From NCBI GenBank assembly GCA_964016885.1, contig OZ024740.1:381734001-381798000 (forward strand): DNA of 64,000 nucleotides, in the 5' to 3' direction. Within the stretch, counting starts at the first letter, position 1; every line of letters starts with the position of its first letter. Below the pieces are notes generated by a model, which saw nothing but the letters and a program-made list of their open reading frames with translations, was not told the DNA's origin and made no database searches. A program made the position numbers and the translations under genes. Below, piece by piece: positions 1 through 11,473 of this stretch. The stretch is from Eledone cirrhosa. Taxonomy: Eukaryota.

Positions 1-459
1 CTACCAGGATCTATCAAGTTATCAGGTGCGACCGAATTATAATGAAGTTGAATAAAATTGAGCAAATGCATCCAGGAGATGGGGTATGTACGTAGAAATA
101 TGGTATAACAATAGTGGTTGAAAATTTGCCGAAATTCTGCGGGTGAGAAACGTTCCTGAATTTACACATTGCTGTATATGTATCACTTATCTTGACTCTT
201 GTCTCCATAAATAATTAAACAACTTGGCATTCATCGATAAAATTACGTATTCATACAAACACAAATATACATTTATAGACCAGACATAGAAAAACAATTT
301 CTACTATGTTTTGTTTAGAAGTCCAGGAACAAATAACCGATGACGATCGGTGATCAAACCAGTCGAATAGTTGTGCGTGTATAAAAACTGAAAAATGAGG
401 CCTTTCTCTCAAGATAACGTCAATATACACATACGGATATAGTTACGGGCATACCGCCC

Positions 460-643
<184 letters not shown>

Positions 644-797
644 GAATACCCCCTCCGCCTCGGTGGTATTTTTTTCAGGGTTATAAGGTGCTTAGCTCTG
701 TTTCTTGACTTCTGTATCACGTGATTGACTCTCCCTCCGCCTTTTCGAGATTCTATCTCGCGCATTGCAGACGTGTTTTGAAATCCTTAATGAGGTA

Positions 798-891
798 TCC
801 CCTTGATAAGTAAGCAGAACCTCACAAAGACTCTATATCTCTATGATCTAGTGTTTCTGCATAATATGCCACGAAACTACGTAGTCGGGGA
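798..891 (+). ncRNA. Degenerate type I hammerhead ribozyme
   Basis: tcccc-TTGATAA-long stem II-GAAA-ctacgtag-TC-gggga. Stem I tcccc/gggga, palindromic stem III ACTACGTAGT. Two core substitutions relative to CUGANGA. Confidence 0.6.
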
Positions 892-1112
892 CTATAGAAA
901 CAGCTAGGTATGATATATCTTATTACTAATTATATCTAATGTTTTTCTCTTCATAATGTACTATATAGCTCTGATACTGAATCAGTCTAATCCATTCGAA
1001 TTGTTTTGTCCCAGTTATTCGGTTGAGGTTGGCACCACTAACTTAGGGATATGTGTGGATATATTCATGTATATGTATGTGTCCGCATGTATCTGTATGT
1101 TTCTCTCTATAT

Positions 1113-1213
<101 letters not shown>

Positions 1214-1273
1214 ACATATAAAAACAATAAGTATATGTCAACAGGTTAAAATTAAATTCTTTTATTCATAGTC

Positions 1274-1332
1274 GCTGTTATATATATTCCGGTGATAACC
1301 GTTATGCAACAGCTATGGTCTTATCAGATAGC
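1274..1332 (-). ncRNA. Degenerate type I hammerhead ribozyme
   Basis: Minus strand gctat-CTGATAA-(atagctgtt/aacggttat hairpin)-GGAA-tatata-TA-acagc. Core mutated. Confidence 0.5.
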
Positions 1333-1543
1333 TAGATTTGAACAGAGTAAAACATAAAAACATAAAAAATGAATTACAGCTTTCTTCTGTTGAATAATAT
1401 ATATATATATATATATAAACGGAAAAAATGAAACGAAATTTCATTTCTCACTCTTAGTACGGCTGTTACTTAAATATAAGTATGTATACATACAAACATA
1501 TATGTATACAGACGTACAGTAGTATGTATATATATACATACAT

Positions 1544-1587
<44 letters not shown>

Positions 1588-1726
1588 GTATGGATTTACC
1601 GAACATTTATTATGATGCTCGGTGTGTTTGTAAACAAACATCCCGTACTAAGAGTGAGAAATGAAATTTCGTTTCATTTTTTCCGTTTATCGTTTTCGGT
1701 GCGCCCGGCCGATTAACTTACTCGAT

Positions 1727-1734
1727 ATGCAAAT
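1727..1734 (+). promoter_or_regulatory. Octamer ATGCAAAT (candidate snRNA-type distal element)
   Basis: Perfect octamer about 88 bp upstream of the HHR core. Also present at 36674 and in every 469-bp unit (e.g. 33807). Confidence 0.4.
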
Positions 1735-1809
1735 TAGGCTGCTCAGCCGTTAATATGCATAAGGAAAATATATATTTTCAGACGTTCAATCATCTGGCAG
1801 GAAGGTATA

Positions 1810-1850
1810 CGGTGCTGACGATAGCTAATAAGCTTGAAACTAGTACATCG
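1810..1850 (+). ncRNA. Minimal type I hammerhead ribozyme
   Basis: cggtg-CTGACGA-t-agct-aata-agct-t-GAAA-ctag-TA-catcg. Palindromic stem III ACTAGT, predicted cleavage after GUA. Confidence 0.85.
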
Positions 1851-2131
1851 TTCCTTTGTCAGTGTTGAACAAAAGAGCAACGATGGATGCTAAACACTGT
1901 ACGGTTTAATTCGGGATGTTTGTTTACACACACACCGAGCATTATAATAAATGTTCGGTAAATCCATACGTACATATATATATGTGTGCATGTATGTATA
2001 TATACATATACATACTACTGTACGTATGTATACATATATGTATGTACGTATACATACTTATATTTAAGTAACAGCCGTACTAAGAGTGAGAAATGAAATT
2101 TCGTTTCATTTTTTCATATATGTATGTACGT

Positions 2132-2195
<64 letters not shown>

Positions 2196-2373
2196 TGTGT
2201 GTTTGTGTGTGAGAGTGTGTTTGCGTGAGTGTGTGTGCAAGAAATAAGCGGGAAAAAGCAAAGCACATAATAGAGTACAATGAAGATATATATTAATTAA
2301 ACGCTTGATATAGTAGGAAATCAGCTTTAATCTTTCGGACGGTAGTTCTTCATCAGAAGTTTGGATGAGAAAT

Positions 2374-2560
2374 AATTGTTTCTACTTTTGGCACAAGGCC
2401 AGCAATTAACCAATGCATTACTGGTACTTTATTTTATCGACCCCATAAGGATGAAAGGTAACGTTAACCTCGGCGGGATTTGAACTCAGAATGGCAAGGG
2501 CCATAACTCTATGCGTCGAAGCATGAATCCGACACTCTACCGATACTGCCAATCCACCGT
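2374..2560 (-). mobile_element. tRNA-derived SINE (octopus-type)
   Basis: Repeated many times in the window. B-box-like gagttcaaatcc on the minus strand. TSD gtttggatgagaaataat at about 2359 and 2559. Confidence 0.9.
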
Positions 2561-3489
2561 TTGGATGAGAAATAATAAAAGAAATAAAGATCTAGAGGAG
2601 ATTAAGAAGAGAAAGAAGCGAGGAGAAAGCACCTGTTTGTTCAGTCAGCCACTTATATATATCTGTATAAGTGTGGTTATCGGGAAGAAACTACAGTTAA
2701 ATAACGTACCCAATATTTGTGTAGAAAAGAAGCATATTTATTTTTTAATTACACCTATATATCTAGAGTAGCTTTATTCGTATGAACAAATAAATCAGTA
2801 ATATTTACTAATGTGTTCAACTATTTTTCATCTCAAAAATAAACTGCTTTGAAGCAGCTTCCTTTAAGCTAACATATATGAGAGATTCTCGATTTACTGA
2901 CACATTCTTTTACAACCAATGGTATATACATCATAATTGTGTGTTCGGGTTTAATTGTGTGCATATTTACATATATATGTGTATCATTATGTTTGCTGTT
3001 TTTCTATACGTGTATTATTAGAATGTCTATCGTATTCTGATCGATTAAAAGTCTGCCTCACCGTAGATGTGAATATAAACGTATTTGAATGTTAATGTAA
3101 AATTATCTGCTATTGCAACTATAACTTCTTAAGATTCTGTAGCTAGAGCCTCACCCTACTTATGTGGTAATTAGTGTTTAGAGTATACTTTAAGTAAACA
3201 AATATGAGTAATATAAAGATAAATGATACCTCGCAACAACGTTGGAAACTACAAAATAAACAACACAGCTATAGCTGTTATAGTACTAAGACACATTCAT
3301 TGTAACCCAAGCAATGGTTCACAATGTTTAAATAAGACTTACTGGATTTAATTCAAGTTCTGTGAGTGTTTCGCTTTCCAAACACTCCTAGAATGGTTTG
3401 AGATTGTAAGGAGAATAGGTCCAACAGGAAGCCATGGAAAAACAATATTTTATAATGAAGCAGAGCGGAATCTATTGCTTTCATAGTTG

Positions 3490-3610
3490 CCTTGCGTTAC
3501 AACTCATGATAACTATATGTCTGGAGATGGCTTAAAAAACGGCATGAATCACCATCTTGACTGGTATATCGCTATGATTCTAAGAATGGCTAAGAATATT
3601 CGTTTGAAAC
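3490..3610 (+). mobile_element. Highly decayed RTE-like LINE fragment
   Basis: Encodes LDWYIAMILRMAKNI, resembling VDGCYTRMLRMALNL of the element at 54420. Confidence 0.3.
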
Positions 3611-3882
3611 GTTAGCATCATTAACGTGGATGTGTGTTTCGAATGTGTCTGTAAATACTTTTATGTCTATCTATATATCTATCTACCTATCCATTTACCC
3701 ATCAATCTATTCTGATATACATGTTAACACATATCTGAGGAGCTTCTGATTCCAGAGGCATATTCGATCATTAATAAATGGTTCCTCGAGCTGATTGACG
3801 GTGAATCCTATGTAATACGTAATGAAATATGTATATGATGCAACACTGACTCTTTATTCTTTGTATTATATATTAATATTAT

Positions 3883-4734
3883 TAACTTGTATTATATAAT
3901 GTATAATAAATAACTTTGAAATAAGGTAGAAAGATGGGTATATTTTTAAAGAAATATATATGTATATATATATATATATATGTGCCTTTGAGAAAAGGAT
4001 TTTAAAGGGCAGTGGATTGGCAGTATTGGTAGAGGGTCGGACGCCATCTTTCGAGCATAGTTACGTCCCTTTACGGTCTGAGTTCAAATCCTGCCGAGGT
4101 TAACTTTGCCTTTCATCCTTACGAGGTCGATAAAATAAAGTGCCAGTAATACACTGGGTAATTGCTGGCCTTGTGCCAAAAGTAGAAACAATTATATATT
4201 AATATTATACGTTATATATATATATACATAATTGTTTCTACTTTTGGCACAAGGCCAGCAATTATATCAGTACATTACTGGTACTTTATTGTAATATAAA
4301 TATATATATGTATATATATATATATATCACTTAAGCTCTGTAAGAGCATTGAGTGCTCAAACGGCCTATCGCTTACGGACGCTTTACGCATCCAACACCA
4401 ATTATATATATATATATATGTATATATATATGTATGTATGTTGTCCTGGGTATGACATTAAGCTACATCCAGTGGCAAGGCTGTTGTGATAATTGTGCTG
4501 TGTAATAATTGTTTCTACGTTAGGCACAATGATAATTGAGAAGTATCTAGGAAGAAAAGGTACAGATTAGGGGTTAGAAATTAAAAGAAAAAGAAAAAGA
4601 AAAAAAGAAAAGGAAAAAAGAAAGAAAGGGAAGTGATACATAGGAGTGATATAGAATGAGTAACTTGTATTATATAATGTATAATAAATAACTTTGAAAT
4701 AAGGTAGAAAGATGGGTATATTTTTAAAGAAATA

Positions 4735-4768
<34 letters not shown>

Positions 4769-4790
4769 CCTTTGAGAAAAGGATTTTAAA
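3883..4790. repeat. About 125-bp direct duplication (3883-4006 and 4661-4790)
   Basis: taacttgtattatataatg...gagaaaaggattttaaa occurs twice, differing only in (TA)n length. Confidence 0.85.
4008..4195 (+). mobile_element. tRNA-derived SINE, followed by an inverted SINE 3' fragment at about 4228-4290
   Basis: Same family as 2374-2560. Confidence 0.9.
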
Positions 4791-5578
4791 TTGATAAAGT
4801 ATTAGATATTAGCTGTATACTTTATGGAATGTTCTGTGGAATTTATGCAAGCAGAGAGATACTTCTCAATTATCATTGTGCCTAACGTAGAAACAATTAT
4901 TACACAGCACAATATATTCTTACTTTATATCACCTTGAAAAAATCCTTCGTAAACATAAACATTTTTTTGACGTTAGATTATTCATCCTCAATTCATTAT
5001 TTTTTTCTCCCTTTCATGCTCATCTAACTTATACATATTACACTTATTCATCCAATCTTCTACTTCTTTCACAATATATCCTTACTTACATTACTATTGC
5101 TATATTTTTATATTTTTTTAATAATACATATCAACAATTTCTTTCCATCGCACATATTATTAAACCCTTAAATATTATTCTTAATACATATTAACAATTT
5201 CTTTTCATCGCACATATTATTAAACCCTTCAATATACAAACCTTAACTTAACATTATTCTAAATTTTTCTCTTCGTTAATTTTCAAATTCTTTTAATTTA
5301 TATATTATCTTCCAACGGTTTTTCAACCTCTCTATGTAAAACAATATATTTTTCTGTTATAAAAGCTATCTCTCTCTCTCTATCACCCATCTCTCCTCCT
5401 ATCTCATCCTTCCTCATTATACTCCTCCCCCTCCACTTTTTACTCTCATCTCCTCCTCTTTCATCCCCCCCCCCAATTTTTTTCCCAATATCACACATCA
5501 ATCTAAAACTATTTTTCATATGTTGATTTAAAATTGCACTATTCACAAGTGTGTTTTAACCTTCATATCATGTCTCCC

Positions 5579-5649
5579 TATTTTATCTGACGAAAACGCA
5601 AATGTTATTGCATGATGATATTTGTTTTTGAAATGCGCATAATAAAATA
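5579..5649 (+). ncRNA. Type I hammerhead ribozyme at the end of a Penelope-like 3' region (about 4915-5690)
   Basis: tattttat-CTGACGA-stem II-GAAA-tgcgca-TA-ataaaata. Palindromic stem III ATGCGCAT, followed by (TA)n. Paralog at 16962. Confidence 0.85.
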
Positions 5650-5756
5650 CATGGAACTCTTTTAACCATCTTTTGATCTTATATATTATATATATATATA
5701 TATATATTATAAAATAACAGAAGGCTGGACAGGTGTAAATCCTTGAAAGGTTTATT

Positions 5757-5814
5757 ATACTATGATCATTTCAATGACCGGGTTCAGTGTGAATCCGGTG
5801 ACACCATCAGGTAT
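5757..5814 (-). ncRNA. Type I hammerhead ribozyme (A9G variant)
   Basis: Minus strand atac-CTGATGG-(accggattca/tgaacccggt)-GAAA-tgatca-TA-gtat. Confidence 0.7.
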
Positions 5815-6710
5815 TCAAAATATAACAAAGGAATACAACAGATGAAATCCATGGGGCGACCGACTATTTAGAAGCTTCTACCACTGTCGGCCGCCCTCAA
5901 GTGTTGATTATTAAGTCTACTTATGACCATCTGGTGAGGGGGTGCAAGCTTATAATGTGCTACTATCACCCCGTCAAAGGGAAATGTCAGCGTTGATGTC
6001 ATGCCACAATCAGGCTGATCATGCGTGCTCGACATTGCCGCGAAAAATGTTTTTTCAAAGAACAAATATCATCAACAAAGACATATATAAAGAGTAAAAA
6101 CGAGAGAGAGTGTGTGTGAATGAGAGAGAGTGACAGAGGGAGAGTAAAGAGAGAGAGAGAGAGAGTGTGTGTGAATTAAATAGAGAGAGATTGACAGAGA
6201 GAGTGATAAAGAGGAGAAAGACTTTTATGAAAAAGTTTAAGTGTAGGTTAGGTAGTCACGATACATTTTCAGAGTAGGATACCCACGTGCCAGACGTTCC
6301 GAATAATATCGTCTAGCGAAAGAAATGGAAATTAATTTTTCCGAGCATTCCATGAATGTAACTATCTTAGGCGTTGGGTGTGTTTGCGGGAAGTCCCCCA
6401 CCGCGGCTGGACATCGTATATACCAAACGGTTAAATCACACATGAGTGATTGTCTTTCAGGATCCCGCCTAATAAGACTTTGGCAATAATGAATAAATAT
6501 GGTAACAATCAGTCATTCTTTTCCTTTTTCTTTTTAACTTTCTCGCAATTTTTGCATTTATGCTGATACCTATCTTTCTATCTTCGTCCGTTCAGTGAGG
6601 TTATACGCCCCATTTAGTCAAAATGTTATGGCGAAGCTTATATTTCTATTCCAATTCCAAGCGTCGCTCGCCGCGTTTCAAACATAATTCCTTCACACAC
6701 ACACACATCC

Positions 6711-6741
<31 letters not shown>

Positions 6742-6943
6742 CACATATACATATACCCCCCACACACACATATATGGATGTGTATGTGGTCGTTTGTGTG
6801 TTTCCTAGTTTACTTAATAGTATTTAAACTGCGTTTCTTACTTTTGCTGCATTTAACTGCTTTCCTTGATGTATCTATTTTCAATGCCACTTAGGTCGAT
6901 TTTGCTTTTAATTCTTGCACAGTAAATATATATATATATATAT

Positions 6944-7262
6944 ACAAGAAAAGGGGACAATACAAAGACATATGCCGGGGATTTTACATACAGTCGTGTA
7001 AAAATATTGAAACAAACAATTATAACAATCGAAATCCCCAATAGTGGGGAAGCGCCACAAATGAGTTGTTTAATACTCCGTCAATAGAAGAACACTCAAC
7101 TTCAGGAGCGTGTTGTGCAAGTGCTCCCTTCTTCCTTTTCCTCTTTTCTTTAACCTACAGGCTTATAAACAGAGAAGGCCCAATCATTCGGGGCCATTTT
7201 TGCTTCATTCACCCACCTTTCAGTAAATTTACTGGGTTAAATTTCATCGACCATTGCCGTTC
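6944..7262 (-). mobile_element. Tx1-like LINE 3' fragment
   Basis: Similar to the 3' UTR and ORF end at 20980-21130 and 24453-24760. Confidence 0.7.
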
Positions 7263-7859
7263 TCTACCAAAATATATTCTTGTATTTACGTTTACAAACT
7301 TATTTTCTATATTTAAATTATGACATTTATGATCATGATTTGTAAATAATACTCTTTATATCTTGCTATCTAACTGCAATTAACTATGGATGGTTAATAT
7401 ATATTTCAAGAGATATTATAAGTGAAAATAGATTGAAAATAAAATAAAATGCATTGCGACATTCATTTTGATTAGCCGAGGACAATGAAACATATGGTTC
7501 ATAAAATATCTGCAATCGAACACTTCAAAATACTTAGCCCTATACCAAATATATATATACGAAATGTCATCATGAAAGTTCATGACCGCATGTGCTGAAT
7601 CCAAACTTTTAAATGAAAATTCATGCAACACTAAGGAGCATTCATAGGCAGCCAATTGAATCAGTTTCCAAATATTTTCCATGCTATTTTGCGTTCAGTT
7701 GTCACACGTGGATGGGTACGGTTGTGTAAGAACACATCTGAGATGATTACTGTAATGAAAATTCGTACAACCTGCTTGCATTAACTCTCGCACGATGTAA
7801 TTTGTTGCAGAGACCCACAAATTGTTGTGTCAAAAATTTGAGCAGTATTTAAGTTAAAT

Positions 7860-8050
7860 GACGGTGGATTGGCAGTATCGATAGAAGGACGGACGCCATG
7901 CTTTGACACAATGAGTTACGGCCTTTGCCATTCTGAGTTCAAATCCTGCTGAGGTTAACTCTGCCTTTCTTCCTTACGTGGTCAATAAAATAAAGTACCA
8001 GTAATGCACTGATTAATTGCTGGCCTTGTGCCAAAAGTAGAAACAATTAT
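7860..8050 (+). mobile_element. tRNA-derived SINE
   Basis: Family match. TSD tattta(a/g)gttaaa on both sides. Confidence 0.9.
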
Positions 8051-8596
8051 TTAGGTTAAACGCAGAAGCAGCAGCATTCTCGTTTCAATGCCGATCATGT
8101 GGCGGTCTAAGATGATATATATTCGACTTACAAACCTTTCTGCCCACTCAACTTAATGCGCCACCCATCTTCCTTTAATCTGCTCTGTCATATACTCCCC
8201 ATCACACGTTAAACTACGTCCTTTATCCTATGACACATACTCGTTAATACACACACGCTTACATACATATCACAGTTAGATAATTTTCATGTACACATTA
8301 TAAACTTCAACATTCATACACACGTTATAATCTGTCATACATTCACACATACTAATCCACTCTTCTCACGGACACACACTACTCTACCAATACTTTATAC
8401 ACACACACACAAACGAATTTCAATGCACATAAAGAGTACAGGCATTCAAACTTACATTCACACACAATTACGTGTCCTACAGTCACTATCTTTGTTACTT
8501 TACACCTGTTACATTTAAACCACACACATTTAAACTTACACTTACAAAAGCGTGAAACTAATAAGACATTTTGTACCTCTGTCTGTTGTCTCCTTG

Positions 8597-8749
<153 letters not shown>

Positions 8750-9032
8750 TATATATATTTATTTATCAGAACATAAATTACGCTTATGAATTCGATGTCT
8801 CCACCTTTTGCTATCTATGGAAATGAGATTCATTAGCCAGTATTATTATAAATTATAAACCTTTAGCTTATTTTGTTTTAGCCACCAATGGAGCAAGTCT
8901 CATTGTCAGCGATTAAATAGCCAGAGGCGGTAGATTCAGGGAACACTCGATTTGTTTTTATGAATAACAGTGACATAATCACATCTTTTAACATAAATAT
9001 TCTACTTACAATGATGTTTATTTACACAATCA

Positions 9033-9089
<57 letters not shown>

Positions 9090-9654
9090 CATGCAAAACA
9101 TCTCAGAAAATTTGCGAAAGACCTGTATGTTGGAATAGAACTACGTATCTATTGTATACCGAAGAATTACATAGACTACAATATAAAGAGAACCGGAGAG
9201 ATTTGAACCTCAAATTTAGGAGATATGAATGCATTATGTGACTAAACTGCAAACATGGTTCATACTGTCATATGACATGACGATCAGCGGAATGGAAGTA
9301 GTCACTTAACCACTATTTTGATGAAACAGCCGACGGTTGTATCACTTTCTTTGAATTTAAAACATATTACATTGCATTTACACTGGAATACTCGCAATCA
9401 AAATGGATGATCTCTTTGCGAGACTGGGCTGTGTTAAGGACGTGGCATTTCCTGTTCCACTGTTTGTTATGTGGTATATGCATCTAGGAACAAGATTTGT
9501 CGTTTAATCAAGTAAGGCATTTATATACACTAAACTTTTGAAATTTAGATCTGTCTGGTAGTCTTCGTATGGGGTTCATGCGTGATTTGTTTCCAGCAGA
9601 CGGTATGATCAAGTATTTTATGTCATATTTGACGCGCATATCGTGTATCATATA

Positions 9655-9694
<40 letters not shown>

Positions 9695-9700
<6 letters not shown>

Positions 9701-9851
9701 TGTAATAAACAACACAATACAATTATTCCATTTAGCAAAGATTTCACGAAGACATGCGAGCTCAACAGAGCCGTCTGCAGTTGAGCTCGCCTATCTTCGT
9801 GAAAACGTTGGTAAATGGAATAATTCTATTGTGTTGTTTATTACATATTTA
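9695..9851. repeat. Inverted repeat/hairpin next to (TA)n (Penelope pLTR-like)
   Basis: Arms of about 70 bp (taaatatgtaataaacaacacaata...gcgagctcaac / gttgagctcgc...ttacatattta). Confidence 0.85.
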
Positions 9852-10375
9852 AATAGTTCTGTACCAATCTCCTTTCCTTTACCCTTTCTACAAAAATACT
9901 TCATATATGTTCAACTAAGCACTCTTGCTATATTAATACATTTTGATCTGCTTAACTTCAATGACTGTGCTTGTAAATAACATTATTTTTTCTTCGACAT
10001 TGACGTTTTACGTTCCACATTATGCACGTTTTTTTTTCCTTTTTCTTTTTTCTTTTCACTTCTTAAACCTATTTTTGTAAATAATATTATTCTTTCTGCT
10101 CCTTCTGTTTAACATGTGCGACACCACACTAATTCATTTCCCTATCATTTGATAATGCATATAATTTCTGAAACCGGTAATAGACAATAATTAAATATAT
10201 AAATATATAAATAAATGCCATTGTTAAATAATAAATAAATCAACTAATGCCTTAACACTTCACACAAAGTAAAACATTTTGTTTTAATAATTTTCTAGCC
10301 CAGAAAAGAGAGAGAGAGAAACAAAAAAGGAAACAAATATATTTTTCTTCCTCATAATCGTCTCTTTCTCCCTGT

Positions 10376-10428
<53 letters not shown>

Positions 10429-10567
10429 ATGAAATCGAAAACGCAACTGGAGTCTTATTTAAAAAAATATATATATATTTATTTGGTTCCTTTACCGGTT
10501 TCGCAGTTTTATAATAAATTTCGCGCCAGTTCGCGTTACAAAGTTCTGCAAACAAGGGGGGAGGGGT

Positions 10568-11473
10568 CAGGTTGTTTTTTCATATATGAGTGAAGTTTGG
10601 TTGGTTGATGCAGTCACATGAATAAGCACATCACCTTTCGCGACAGTTTGTTTGAGGCATTTTGTTGTCGAAGGCATTTTCTTTTATAAATATAATTTGA
10701 TTGGTTATAAATTAAATTATGGTTGCCACGTGAACAAATTCATTAAATTTCGCGCCCGTATTTGGGTATTTATTTTGAGGCCTTTTAGAGAATTTTATGA
10801 CAAACAAAAGATAATGGTCAAGAGAAATGGAATGGGGGGAATTGTTCTGGTTCAGTGAATATGACAGGTTGTTTTTTTCATATATGAGTGAAGTTTGGTT
10901 GGTTGTTGCAGTCACATGAATAAGCACATCAGCTTTCGCGCCAGTTTGTTTGAGGCATTTTGTTGTCGAAGGCATTTTCTTTTATAAATATAATTTGATT
11001 GGTTATAAATGAAATTATAGTTGTCACGTGAACAAATTCATTAAATTTCGCGCCCGTATTTGGGTATTTATTTTGAGGCCTTTTAGAGAATTTTATGACA
11101 AACAAAAGATAATGGTCAAGAGAAATGGGATGGGGGGAATTGTTCTGGTTCAGTGAATATGACAGGTTGTTTTTTCATATATGAGTGAAGTTTGGTTGGT
11201 TGATGCAGTCACGTGAATAAGCACATCAGCTTTCACGTCAGATTGTTTGAATTTCTTTTTACTTAAAAAGAAGTGACTGACGAAGGCTTATTTTTAATAA
11301 ATGTAATTTGATTGGTTATAAATGAAATTATGACTGTCACGCGAACAAGTTCATTAAAATTCGCGCCCGTATTTGGGAATTTATTTTGTAGCTTTTTAGA
11401 GAATTTTATGACAAACAAAAGATAATGGTCAAGAGAAATGGGATGGGAGAATTGTTCTGGTTCAGTGAATATG
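10568..11473. repeat. Tandem repeat, about 298 bp x 3
   Basis: Unit start caggttgtttttt at about 10568, 10865 and 11163. The third copy is more diverged. Confidence 0.9.

Larger units (their letters stand above)
1415..2115 (+). mobile_element. HHR-containing non-autonomous element (retrozyme/Penelope pLTR-like family A) with 5' inverted segment
   Basis: 1415-1645 is the reverse complement of about 1910-2115. gtactaagagtgagaaatg recurs at 1645 and 2077 (432-bp unit). Contains an HHR and an octamer, lies next to (TA)n on both sides, and has a paralog at 36122-36999. Confidence 0.8.

Noticed and set aside
1-83. Possible exon end (frame 3 open, ggg|gtatgt donor)
   Set aside because: The acceptor lies outside the window and the peptide is unrecognised, so support is insufficient.
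2374-2560. SINE heads as tRNA genes
   Set aside because: A/B-box-like motifs only, with no cloverleaf. They have a shared SINE body and TSDs.
7416-7682. 88-aa ATG-initiated ORF; similarly ORF 42286-42474
   Set aside because: No recognisable domain or splice support.
11273-11340. gtga-CTGACGA...GAAA...tcac as an HHR
   Set aside because: No stem II, a non-cleavable triplet, and absent from the other two repeat units.
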